Positions 44,401 through 58,500 of a stretch of 64,000 nucleotides of DNA are shown here, piece after piece. A model generated the notes under the pieces. The model was not told the DNA's origin. It made no database searches and saw nothing but the letters and a program-made list of their open reading frames with translations. The position numbers were made by a program, and so were the translations under genes. Source of the DNA: the human T2T-CHM13v2.0 reference genome, Homo sapiens; the NCBI RefSeq assembly GCF_009914755.1, contig NC_060925.1. One strand, written 5' to 3'. The first letter of the stretch is position 1, and every line of letters starts with the position of its first letter.

Positions 44401-47400
44401 TGGAATTATCCTCCAATGGAATCGAATGGAATTATCGAATGCAATCGAATGGAATTATCGAATGCAATCGAATAGAATCATCGAATGGACTCGAATGGAA
44501 TCATCGAATGGAATGGAATGGAACAGTCAATGAACTCGAATGGAATCATCATTGAATGGAATCGAATGGAATCATCGAGTGGAATCGAATGGAATTATGA
44601 TCAAATGGAATCGAATGTAATCATCATCAAATGGAATCAAAAATAACCATCATCAATTGGTATTGAATGGAATTGTCATCAAATGGAATTCAAAGGAATC
44701 ATCATCAAATGGAACCGAATGGAATCCTCATTGAATGGAAATGAAAGGGGTCATCATCTAATGGAATCGCATGGAATCATCATCAAATGGAATCGAATGG
44801 AATCATCATCAAATGGAATCTAATGGAATCATTGAACAGAATTGAATGGAATCGTCATCGAATGAATTGAATGCAATCATCGAATGGTCTCGAATGGAAT
44901 CATCTTCTAATGGAAAGGAATGGAATCATCGCATAGAATCGAATGGAATTATCATCGAATGGAATCGAATGGTATCAACACCAAACGGAAAAAAACGGAA
45001 TTATCGAATGGAATCGAAGAGAATCTTCGAACGGACCCGAATGGAATCATCTAATGGAATGGAATGGAATAATCCATGGACTCGAATGCAATCATCATCG
45101 AATGGAATCGAATGGAATCATCGAATGGACTCGAATGGAATAATCATTGAACGGAATCGAATGGAATCATCATCGGATGGAAACGAATGGAATCATCATC
45201 GAATGGAAATGAAAGGAGTCATCACCTAATGGAATTGCATGGAATCATCATAAAATGGAATCGAATGGAATCAACATCAAATGGAATCAAATGGAATCAT
45301 TGAACGGAATTGAATGGAATCGTCATCGAATGAATTGAATGCAATCATCGAATGGTCTCGAATGGAATCATCTTCAAATGGAATGGAATGGAATCATCGC
45401 ATAGAATCGAATGGAATTATCATCGAATGGAATCGAATGGAATCAACATCAAACGGAAAAAAACGGAATTATCGAATGGAATCGAAGAGAATCATCGAAT
45501 GGACCCGAATGGAATCATCTAATGGAATGGAATGGAATAATCCATGGACTCGAATGCAATCATCATCGAATGGAATCGAATGGAATCATCGAATGGACTC
45601 GAATGGAATAATCATTGAACGGAATCGAATGGAATCATCATCGGATGGAAATGAATGGAATCATCATCGAATGGAATCGAATAGAATTATGGAATGAAAT
45701 CCAGTGTGATCATCATCGAATGGACCCGAATGGAATCATCATCCAACGGAAGCTAATGGAATCAACATCGAATGAATCAAATGGAAACACCACCGAATTG
45801 AAACGAATGGAATTACCATGAAATTGAAATGGATGGACTCATCATCGAATGGATTCGAATGGAATCATCGAATAAAATTGATTGAAATCATCATCGAATG
45901 GAATCGAATGGTATCATTGAATGGAATCGAATGGAATCATCATCAGATGGAAATGAATGGAATCGTCATAGAATGGAATCGAATGGATTCATTGAATGGA
46001 ATCAGATGGAATCATCGAATGGACTGGAATGGAATCATTGAATGGACTCGAAAGGGATCATGATTGAATGGAATTGAATGGAATCATCGAATGGTCTCGA
46101 TTGGAATCATTATCAAATGGAATCGAATGGAATCACCGAATAGAATCGAATGGAACAATCATCGAATGGACTCAAATGGAATTATCCTCCAATGGAATCG
46201 AATGGAATTATCAAATGCAATCGAATGGAATTATCGAATGCAATCGAATAGAATCATCGAATGGACTCGAATGGAATCATCGAATGGAATGGAATGGAAC
46301 AGTCAATGAACTCGAATGGAATCATCATTGAATGGAATCGAATGGAATCATCGAGTGGAATCGAATGGAATTATGATCAAATGGAATCGAATGTTATCAT
46401 CATCAAATGGAATCAAAAATAAACATCATCAATTGGTATTGAATGGAATTGTCATCAAATGGAATTCAAAGGAATCATCATCAAATGGAACCGAATGGAA
46501 TCCTCATTGAATGGAAATGAAAGGGGTCATCATCTAATGGAATCGCATGGAATCATCATCAAATGGAATCGAATGGAATCATCATCAAATGGAATCTAAT
46601 GGAATCATTGAACAGAATTGAATGGAATCGTCATCGAATGAATTGAATGCAATCATCGAATGGTCTCGAATGGAATCATCTTCTAATGGAAAGGAATGGA
46701 ATCATCGCATAGAATCGAATGGAATTATCATCGAATGGAATCGAATGGTATCAACACCAAACGGAAAAAAAACGGAATTATCGAATGGAATCGAAGAGAA
46801 TCTTCGAACGGACCCGAATGGAATCATCTAATGGAATGGAATGGAATAATCCATGAACTCGAATGCAATCATCATCGAATGGAATCGAATGGAATCATCG
46901 AATGGACTCGAATGGAATAATCATTGAACGGAATCGAATGGAATCATCATCGGATGGAAACGAATGGAATCATCATCGAATGGAAATGAAAGGAGTCATC
47001 ATCTAATGGAATTGCATGGAATCATCATAAAATGGAATCGAATGGAATCAACATCAAATGGAATCAAATGGAATCATTGAACGGAATTGAATGGAATCGT
47101 CATCGAATGAATTGACTGCAATCATCCAATGGTCTCGAATGGAATCATCTTCAAATGGAATGGAATGGAATCATCGCATAGAATCGAATGGAATTATCAT
47201 CGAATGGAATCGAATGGAATCAACATCAAACGGAAAAAAACGGAATTATCGAATGGAATCGAAGAGAATCATCGAATGGACCCGAATGGAATCATCTAAT
47301 GGAATGGAATGGAATAATCCATGGACTCGAATGCAATCATCATCGAATGGAATCGAATGGAATCATCGAATGGACTCGAATGGAATAATCATTGAACGGA

Positions 47401-50400
47401 ATCGAATGGAATCATCATCGGATGGATATGAATGGAATCATCATCGAATGGAATCGAATAGAATTATGGAATGAAATCCAGTGTGATCATCATCGAATGG
47501 ACCCGAATGGAATCATCATCCAACGGAAGCTAATGGAATCAACATCGAATGAATCAAATGGAAACACCATCGAATTGAAACGAATGGAATTATCATGAAA
47601 TTGAAATGGATGGACTCATCATCGAATGGATTCGAATGGAATCATCGAATAAAATTGATTGAAATCATCATCCAATGGAATCGAATGGTATCAGTGAATG
47701 GAATCGAATGGAATCATCATCACATGGAAATGAATGGAATCGTCATAGAATGGAATCGAATGGATTCATTGAATGGAATCAGATGGAATCATCGAATGGA
47801 CTGGAATGGAATCATTGAATGGACTCGAAAGGGATCATTATTGAATGGAATTGAATGGAATCATCGAATGGTCTCGATTGGAATCATTATCAAATGGAAT
47901 CGAATGGAATCACCGAATAGAATCGAATGGAACAATCATCGAATGGACTCAAATGGAATTATCCTCCAATGGAATCGAATGGAATTATCGAATGCAATCG
48001 AATGGAATTATCGAATGCAATCGAATAGAATCATCGAATGGACTCGAATGGAATCATCGAATGGAATGGAATGGAACAGTCAATGAACTCGAATGGAATC
48101 ATCATTGAATGGAATCGAATGGAATCATCGAGTGGAATCGAATGGAATTATGATCAAATGGAATCGAATGTAATCATCATCAAATGGAATCAAAAATAAC
48201 CATCATCAATTGGTATTGAATGGAATTGTCATCAAATGGAATTCAAAGGAATCATCATCAAATGGAACCGAATGGAATCCTCATTGAATGGAAATGAAAG
48301 GGGTCATCATCTAATGGAATCGCATGGAATCATCATCAAATGGAATCGAATGGAATCATCATCAAATGGAATCTAATGGAATCATTGAACAGAATTGAAT
48401 GGAATCGTCATCGAATGAATTGAATGCAATCATCGAATGGTCTCGAATGGAATCATCTTCTAATGGAAAGGAATGGAATCATCGCATAGAATCGAATGGA
48501 ATTATCATCGAATGGAATCGAATGGTATCAACACCAAACGGAAAAAAACGGAATTATCGAATGGAATCGAAGAGAATCTTCGAACGGACCCGAATGGAAT
48601 CATCTAATGGAATGGAATGGAATAATCCATGGACTCGAATGCAATCATCATCGAATGGAATCGAATGGAATCATCGAATGGACTCGAATGGAATAATCAT
48701 TGAACGGAATCGAATGGAATCATCATCGGATGGAAACGAATGGAATCATCATCGAATGGAAATGAAAGGAGTCATCATCTAATGGAATTGCATGGAATCA
48801 TCATAAAATGGAATCGAATGGAATCAACATCAAATGGAATCAAATGGAATCATTGAACGGAATTGAATGGAATCGTCATCGAATGAATTGAATGCAATCA
48901 TCGAATGGTCTCGAATGGAATCATCTTCAAATGGAATGGAATGGAATCATCGCATAGAATCGAATGGAATTATCATCGAATGGAATCGAATGGAATCAAC
49001 ATCAAACGGAAAAAAACGGAATTATCGAATGGAATCGAAGAGAATCATCGAATGGACCCGAATGGAATCATCTAATGGAATGGAATGGAATAATCCATGG
49101 ACTCGAATGCAATCATCATCCAATGGAATCGAATGGAATCATCGAATGGACTCGAATGGAATAATCATTGAACGGAATCGAATGGAATCATCATCGGATG
49201 GAAATGAATGGAATCATCATCGAATGGAATCGAATAGAATTATGGAATGAAATCCAGTGTGATCATCATCGAATGGACCCGAATGGAATCATCATCCAAC
49301 GGAAGCTAATGGAATCAACATCGAATGAATCGAATGGAAACACCACCGAATTGAAACGAATGGAATTACCATGAAATTGAAATGGATGGACTCATCATCG
49401 AATGGATTCGAATGGAATCATCGAATAAAATTGATTGAAATCATCATCGAATGGAATCGAATGGTATCATTGAATGGAATCGAATGGAATCATCATCAGA
49501 TGGAAATGAATGGAATCGTCATAGAATGGAATCGAATGGATTCATTGAATGGAATCAGATGGAATCATCGAATGGACTGGAATGGAATCATTGAATGGAC
49601 TCGAAAGGGATCATGATTGAATGGAATTGAATGGAATCATCGAATGGTCTCGATTGGAATCATTATCAAATGGAATCGAATGGAATCACCGAATAGAATC
49701 GAATGGAACAATCATCGAATGGACTCAAATGGAATTATCCTCCAATGGAATCGAATGGAATTATCGAATGCAATCGAATGGAATTATCGAATGCAATCGA
49801 ATAGAATCATCGAATGGACTCGAATGGAATCATCGAATGGAATGGAATGGAACAGTCAATGAACTCGAATGGAATCATCATTGAATGGAATCGAATGGAA
49901 TCATCGAGTGGAATCGAATGGAATTATGATCAAATGGAATCGAATGTTATCATCATCAAATGGAATCAAAAATAAACATCATCAATTGGTATTGAATGGA
50001 ATTGTCATCAAATGGAATTCAAAGGAATCATCATCAAATGGAACCGAATGGAATCCTCATTGAATGGAAATGAAAGGGGTCATCATCTAATGGAATCGCA
50101 TGGAATCATCATCAAATGGAATCGAATGGAATCATCATCAAATGGAATCTAATGGAATCATTGAACAGAATTGAATGGAATCGTCATCGAATGAATTGAA
50201 TGCAATCATCGAATGGTCTCGAATGGAATCATCTTCTAATGGAAAGGAATGGAATCATCGCATAGAATCGAATGGAATTATCATCGAATGGAATCGAATG
50301 GTATCAACACCAAACGGAAAAAAAACGGAATTATCGAATGGAATCGAAGAGAATCTTCGAACGGACCCGAATGGAATCATCTAATGGAATGGAATGGAAT

Positions 50401-53400
50401 AATCCATGAACTCGAATGCAATCATCATCGAATGGAATCGAATGGAATCATCGAATGGACTCGAATGGAATAATCATTGAACGGAATCGAATGGAATCAT
50501 CATCGGATGGAAACGAATGGAATCATCATCGAATGGAAATGAAAGGAGTCATCATCTAATGGAATTGCATGGAATCATCATAAAATGGAATCGAATGGAA
50601 TCAACATCAAATGGAATCAAATGGAATCATTGAACGGAATTGAATGGAATCGTCATCGAATGAATTGACTGCAATCATCCAATGGTCTCGAATGGAATCA
50701 TCTTCAAATGGAATGGAATGGAATCATCGCATAGAATCGAATGGAATTATCATCGAATGGAATCGAATGGAATCAACATCAAACGGAAAAAAACGGAATT
50801 ATCGAATGGAATCGAAGAGAATCATCGAATGGACCCGAATGGAATCATCTAATGGAATGGAATGGAATAATCCATGGACTCGAATGCAATCATCATCGAA
50901 TGGAATCGAATGGAATCATCGAATGGACTCGAATGGAATAATCATTGAACGGAATCGAATGGAATCATCATCGGATGGATATGAATGGAATCATCATCGA
51001 ATGGAATCGAATAGAATTATGGAATGAAATCCAGTGTGATCATCATCGAATGGACCCGAATGGAATCATCATCCAACGGAAGCTAATGGAATCAACATCG
51101 AATGAATCAAATGGAAACACCATCGAATTGAAACGAATGGAATTATCATGAAATTGAAATGGATGGACTCATCATCGAATGGATTCGAATGGAATCATCG
51201 AATAAAATTGATTGAAATCATCATCCAATGGAATCGAATGGTATCAGTGAATGGAATCGAATGGAATCATCATCACATGGAAATGAATGGAATCGTCATA
51301 GAATGGAATCGAATGGATTCATTGAATGGAATCAGATGGAATCATCGAATGGACTGGAATGGAATCATTGAATGGACTCGAAAGGGATCATGATTGAATG
51401 GAATTGAATGGAATCATCGAATGGTCTCGATTGGAATCATTATCAAATGGAATCGAATGGAATCACCGAATAGAATCGAATGGAACAATCATCGAATGGA
51501 CTCAAATGGAATTATCCTCCAATGGAATCGAATGGAATTATCGAATGCAATCGAATGGAATTATCGAATGCAATCGAATAGAATCATCGAATGGACTCGA
51601 ATGGAATCATCGAATGGAATGGAATGGAACAGTCAATGAACTCGAATGGAATCATCATTGAATGGAATCGAATGGAATCATCGAGTGGAATCGAATGGAA
51701 TTATGATCAAATGGAATCGAATGTAATCATCATCAAATGGAATCAAAAATAACCATCATCAATTGGTATTGAATGGAATTGTCATCAAATGGAATTCAAA
51801 GGAATCATCATCAAATGGAACCGAATGGAATCCTCATTGAATGGAAATGAAAGGGGTCATCATCTAATGGAATCGCATGGAATCATCATCAAATGGAATC
51901 GAATGGAATCATCATCAAATGGAATCTAATGGAATCATTGAACAGAATTGAATGGAATCGTCATCGAATGAATTGAATGCAATCATCGAATGGTCTCGAA
52001 TGGAATCATCTTCTAATGGAAAGGAATGGAATCATCGCATAGAATCGAATGGAATTATCATCGAATGGAATCGAATGGTATCAACACCAAACGGAAAAAA
52101 ACGGAATTATCGAATGGAATCGAAGAGAATCTTCGAACGGACCCGAATGGAATCATCTAATGGAATGGAATGGAATAATCCATGGACTCGAATGCAATCA
52201 TCATCGAATGGAATCGAATGGAATCATCGAATGGACTCGAATGGAATAATCATTGAACGGAATCGAATGGAATCATCATCGGATGGAAACGAATGGAATC
52301 ATCATCGAATGGAAATGAAAGGAGTCATCACCTAATGGAATTGCATGGAATCATCATAAAATGGAATCGAATGGAATCAACATCAAATGGAATCAAATGG
52401 AATCATTGAACGGAATTGAATGGAATCGTCATCGAATGAATTGAATGCAATCATCGAATGGTCTCGAATGGAATCATCTTCAAATGGAATGGAATGGAAT
52501 CATCGCATAGAATCGAATGGAATTATCATCGAATGGAATCGAATGGAATCAACATCAAACGGAAAAAAACGGAATTATCGAATGGAATCGAAGAGAATCA
52601 TCGAATGGACCCGAATGGAATCATCTAATGGAATGGAATGGAATAATCCATGGACTCGAATGCAATCATCATCGAATGGAATCGAATGGAATCATCGAAT
52701 GGACTCGAATGGAATAATCATTGAACGGAATCGAATGGAATCATCATCGGATGGAAATGAATGGAATCATCATCGAATGGAATCGAATAGAATTATGGAA
52801 TGAAATCCAGTGTGATCATCATCGAATGGACCCGAATGGAATCATCATCCAACGGAAGCTAATGGAATCAACATCGAATGAATCAAATGGAAACACCACC
52901 GAATTGAAACGAATGGAATTACCATGAAATTGAAATGGATGGACTCATCATCGAATGGATTCGAATGGAATCATCGAATAAAATTGATTGAAATCATCAT
53001 CGAATGGAATCGAATGGTATCATTGAATGGAATCGAATGGAATCATCATCAGATGGAAATGAATGGAATCGTCATAGAATGGAATCGAATGGATTCATTG
53101 AATGGAATCAGATGGAATCATCGAATGGACTGGAATGGAATCATTGAATGGACTCGAAAGGGATCATTATTGAATGGAATTGAATGGAATCATCGAATGG
53201 TCTCGATTGGAATCATTATCAAATGGAATCGAATGGAATCACCGAATAGAATCGAATGGAACAATCATCGAATGGACTCAAATGGAATTATCCTCCAATG
53301 GAATCGAATGGAATTATCGAATGCAATCGAATGGAATTATCGAATGCAATCGAATAGAATCATCGAATGGACTCGAATGGAATCATCGAATGGAATGGAA

Positions 53401-55504
53401 TGGAACAGTCAATGAACTCGAATGGAATCATCATTGAATGGAATCGAATGGAATCATCGAGTGGAATCGAATGGAATTATGATCAAATGGAATCGAATGT
53501 TATCATCATCAAATGGAATCAAAAATAAACATCATCAATTGGTATTGAATGGAATTGTCATCAAATGGAATTCAAAGGAATCATCATCAAATGGAACCGA
53601 ATGGAATCCTCATTGAATGGAAATGAAAGGGGTCATCATCTAATGGAATCGCATGGAATCATCATCAAATGGAATCGAATGGAATCATCATCAAATGGAA
53701 TCTAATGGAATCATTGAACAGAATTGAATGGAATCGTCATCGAATGAATTGAATGCAATCATCGAATGGTCTCGAATGGAATCATCTTCTAATGGAAAGG
53801 AATGGAATCATCGCATAGAATCGAATGGAATTATCATCGAATGGAATCGAATGGTATCAACACCAAACGGAAAAAAAACGGAATTATCGAATGGAATCGA
53901 AGAGAATCTTCGAACGGACCCGAATGGAATCATCTAATGGAATGGAATGGAATAATCCATGAACTCGAATGCAATCATCATCGAATGGAATCGAATGGAA
54001 TCATCGAATGGACTCGAATGGAATAATCATTGAACGGAATCGAATGGAATCATCATCGGATGGAAACGAATGGAATCATCATCGAATGGAAATGAAAGGA
54101 GTCATCATCTAATGGAATTGCATGGAATCATCATAAAATGGAATCGAATGGAATCAACATCAAATGGAATCAAATGGAATCATTGAACGGAATTGAATGG
54201 AATCGTCATCGAATGAATTGACTGCAATCATCCAATGGTCTCGAATGGAATCATCTTCAAATGGAATGGAATGGAATCATCGCATAGAATCGAATGGAAT
54301 TATCATCGAATGGAATCGAATGGAATCAACATCAAACGGAAAAAAACGGAATTATCGAATGGAATCGAAGAGAATCATCGAATGGACCCGAATGGAATCA
54401 TCTAATGGAATGGAATGGAATAATCCATGGACTCGAATGCAATCATCATCCAATGGAATCGAATGGAATCATCGAATGGACTCGAATGGAATAATCATTG
54501 AACGGAATCGAATGGAATCATCATCGGATGGAAATGAATGGAATCATCATCGAATGGAATCGAATAGAATTATGGAATGAAATCCAGTGTGATCATCATC
54601 GAATGGACCCGAATGGAATCATCATCCAACGGAAGCTAATGGAATCAACATCGAATGAATCGAATGGAAACACCATCGAATTGAAACGAATGGAATTATC
54701 ATGAAATTGAAATGGATGGACTCATCATCGAATGGATTCGAATGGAATCATCGAATAAAATTGATTGAAATCATCATCCAATGGAATCGAATGGTATCAT
54801 TGAATGGAATCGAATGGAATCATCATCAGATGGAAATGAATGGAATCGTCATAGAATGGAATCGAATGGATTCATTGAATGGAATCAGATGGAATCATCG
54901 AATGGACTGGAATGTAATCATTGAATGGACTCGAAAGGGATCATTATTGAATGGAATTGAATGGAATCATCGAATGGTCTCGATTGGAATCATTATCAAA
55001 TGGAATCGAATGGAATCACCGAATAGAATCGAATGGAACAATCATCGAATGGACTCAAATGGAATTATCCTCCAATGGAATCGAATGGAATTATCGAATG
55101 CAATCGAATGGAATTATCGAATGCAATCGAATAGAATCATCGAATGGACTCGAATGGAATCATCAAATGGAATGGAATGGAACAGTCAATGAACTCGAAT
55201 GGAATCATCATTGAATGGAATCGAATGGAATCATCGAGTGGAATCGAATGGAATTATGATCAAATGGAATCGAATGTAATCATCATCAAATGGAATCAAA
55301 AATAACCATCATCAATTGGTATTGAAAGGAATTGTCATCAAATGGAATTCAAAGGAATCATCATCAAATGGAACCGAATGGAATCCTCATTGAATGGAAA
55401 TGAAAGGGGTCATCATCTAATGGAATCGCATGGAATCATCATCAAATGGAATCGAATGGAATCATCATCAAATGGAATCTAATGGAATCATTGAACAGAA
55501 TTGA
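32410..55504 (+). repeat. Alternating 1777/1776-bp units (3553-bp period) marked by a one-base-longer A tract
   Basis: 1777-bp units start at 32410, 35963, 39516, 43069, 46622, 50175, 53728, each 3553 apart, and all carry the linked CCATGAACTC allele. Confidence 0.88.
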
Positions 55505-58500
55505 ATGGAATCGTCATCGAATGAATTGAATGCAATCATCGAATGGTCTCGAATGGAATCATCTTCTAATGGAAAGGAATGGAATCATCGCATAGAATCG
55601 AATGGAATTATCATCGAATGGAATCGAATGGTATCAACACCAAACGGAAAAAAACGGAATTATCGAATGGAATCGAAGAGAATCTTCGAACGGACCCGAA
55701 TGGAATCATCTAATGGAATGGAATGGAATAATCCATGGACTCGAATGCAATCATCATCGAATGGAATCGAATGGAATCATCGAATGGACTCGAATGGAAT
55801 AATCATTGAACGGAATCGAATGGAATCATCATCGGATGGAAACGAATGGAATCATCATCGAATGGAAATGAAAGGAGTCATCATCTAATGGAATTGCATG
55901 GAATCATCATAAAATGGAATCGAATGGAATCAACATCAAATGGAATCAAATGGAATCATTGAACGGAATTGAATGGAATCGTCATCGAATGAATTGAATG
56001 CAATCATCGAATGGTCTCGAATGGAATCATCTTCAAATGGAATGGAATGGAATCATCGCATAGAATCGAATGGAATTATCATCGAATGGAATCGAATGGA
56101 ATCAACATCAAACGGAAAAAAACGGAATTATCGAATGGAATCGAAGAGAATCATCGAATGGACCCGAATGGAATCATCTAATGGAATGGAATGGAATAAT
56201 CCATGGACTCGAATGCAATCATCATCCAATGGAATCGAATGGAATCATCGAATGGACTCGAATGGAATAATCATTGAACGGAATCGAATGGAATCATCAT
56301 CGGATGGAAATGAATGGAATCATCATCGAATGGAATCGAATAGAATTATGGAATGAAATCCAGTGTGATCATCATCGAATGGACCCGAATGGAATCATCA
56401 TCCAACGGAAGCTAATGGAATCAACATCGAATGAATCGAATGGAAACACCATCGAATTGAAACGAATGGAATTATCATGAAATTGAAATGGATGGACTCA
56501 TCATCGAATGGATTCGAATGGAATCATCGAATAAAATTGATTGAAATCATCATCCAATGGAATCGAATGGTATCATTGAATGGAATCGAATGGAATCATC
56601 ATCAGATGGAAATGAATGGAATCGTCATAGAATGGAATCGAATGGATTCATTGAATGGAATCAGATGGAATCATCGAATGGACTGGAATGGAATCATTGA
56701 ATGGACTCGAAAGGGATCATTATTGAATGGAATTGAATGGAATCATCGAATGGTCTCGATTGGAATCATTATCAAATGGAATCGAATGGAATCACCGAAT
56801 AGAATCGAATGGAACAATCATCGAATGGACTCAAATGGAATTATCCTCCAATGGAATCGAATGGAATTATCGAATGCAATCGAATGGAATTATCGAATGC
56901 AATCGAATAGAATCATCGAATGGACTCGAATGGAATCATCAAATGGAATGGAATGGAACAGTCAATGAACTCGAATGGAATCATCATTGAATGGAATCGA
57001 ATGGAATCATCGAGTGGAATCGAATGGAATTATGATCAAATGGAATCGAATGTAATCATCATCAAATGGAATCAAAAATAACCATCATCAATTGGTATTG
57101 AAAGGAATTGTCATCAAATGGAATTCAAAGGAATCATCATCAAATGGAACCGAATGGAATCCTCATTGAATGGAAATGAAAGGGGTCATCATCTAATGGA
57201 ATCGCATGGAATCATCATCAAATGGAATCGAATGGAATCATCATCAAATGGAATCTAATGGAATCATTGAACAGAATTGAATGGAATCGTCATCGAATGA
57301 ATTGAATGCAATCATCGAATGGTCTCGAATGGAATCATCTTCTAATGGAAAGGAATGGAATCATCGCATAGAATCGAATGGAATTATCATCGAATGGAAT
57401 CGAATGGTATCAACACCAAACGGAAAAAAACGGAATTATCGAATGGAATCGAAGAGAATCTTCGAACGGACCCGAATGGAATCATCTAATGGAATGGAAT
57501 GGAATAATCCATGGACTCGAATGCAATCATCATCGAATGGAATCGAATGGAATCATCGAATGGACTCGAATGGAATAATCATTGAACGGAATCGAATGGA
57601 ATCATCATCGGATGGAAACGAATGGAATCATCATCGAATGGAAATGAAAGGAGTCATCACCTAATGGAATTGCATGGAATCATCATAAAATGGAATCGAA
57701 TGGAATCAACATCAAATGGAATCAAATGGAATCATTGAACGGAATTGAATGGAATCGTCATCGAATGAATTGAATGCAATCATCGAATGGTCTCGAATGG
57801 AATCATCTTCAAATGGAATGGAATGGAATCATCGCATAGAATCGAATGGAATTATCATCGAATGGAATCGAATGGAATCAACATCAAACGGAAAAAAACG
57901 GAATTATCGAATGGAATCGAAGAGAATCATCGAATGGACCCGAATGGAATCATCTAATGGAATGGAATGGAATAATCCATGGACTCGAATGCAATCATCA
58001 TCGAATGGAATCGAATGGAATCATCGAATGGACTCGAATGGAATAATCATTGAACGGAATCGAATGGAATCATCATCGGATGGAAATGAATGGAATCATC
58101 ATCGAATGGAATCGAATAGAATTATGGAATGAAATCCAGTGTGATCATCATCGAATGGACCCGAATGGAATCATCATCCAACGGAAGCTAATGGAATCAA
58201 CATCGAATGAATCAAATGGAAACACCACCGAATTGAAACGAATGGAATTACCATGAAATTGAAATGGATGGACTCATCATCGAATGGATTCGAATGGAAT
58301 CGTCGAATAAAATTGATTGAAATCATCATCGAATGGAATCGAATGGTATCATTGAATGGAATCGAATGGAATCATCATCAGATGGAAATGAATGGAATCG
58401 TCATAGAATGGAATCGAATGGATTCATTGAATGGAATCAGATGGAATCATCGAATGGACTGGAATGGAATCATTGAATGGACTCGAAAGGGATCATGATT

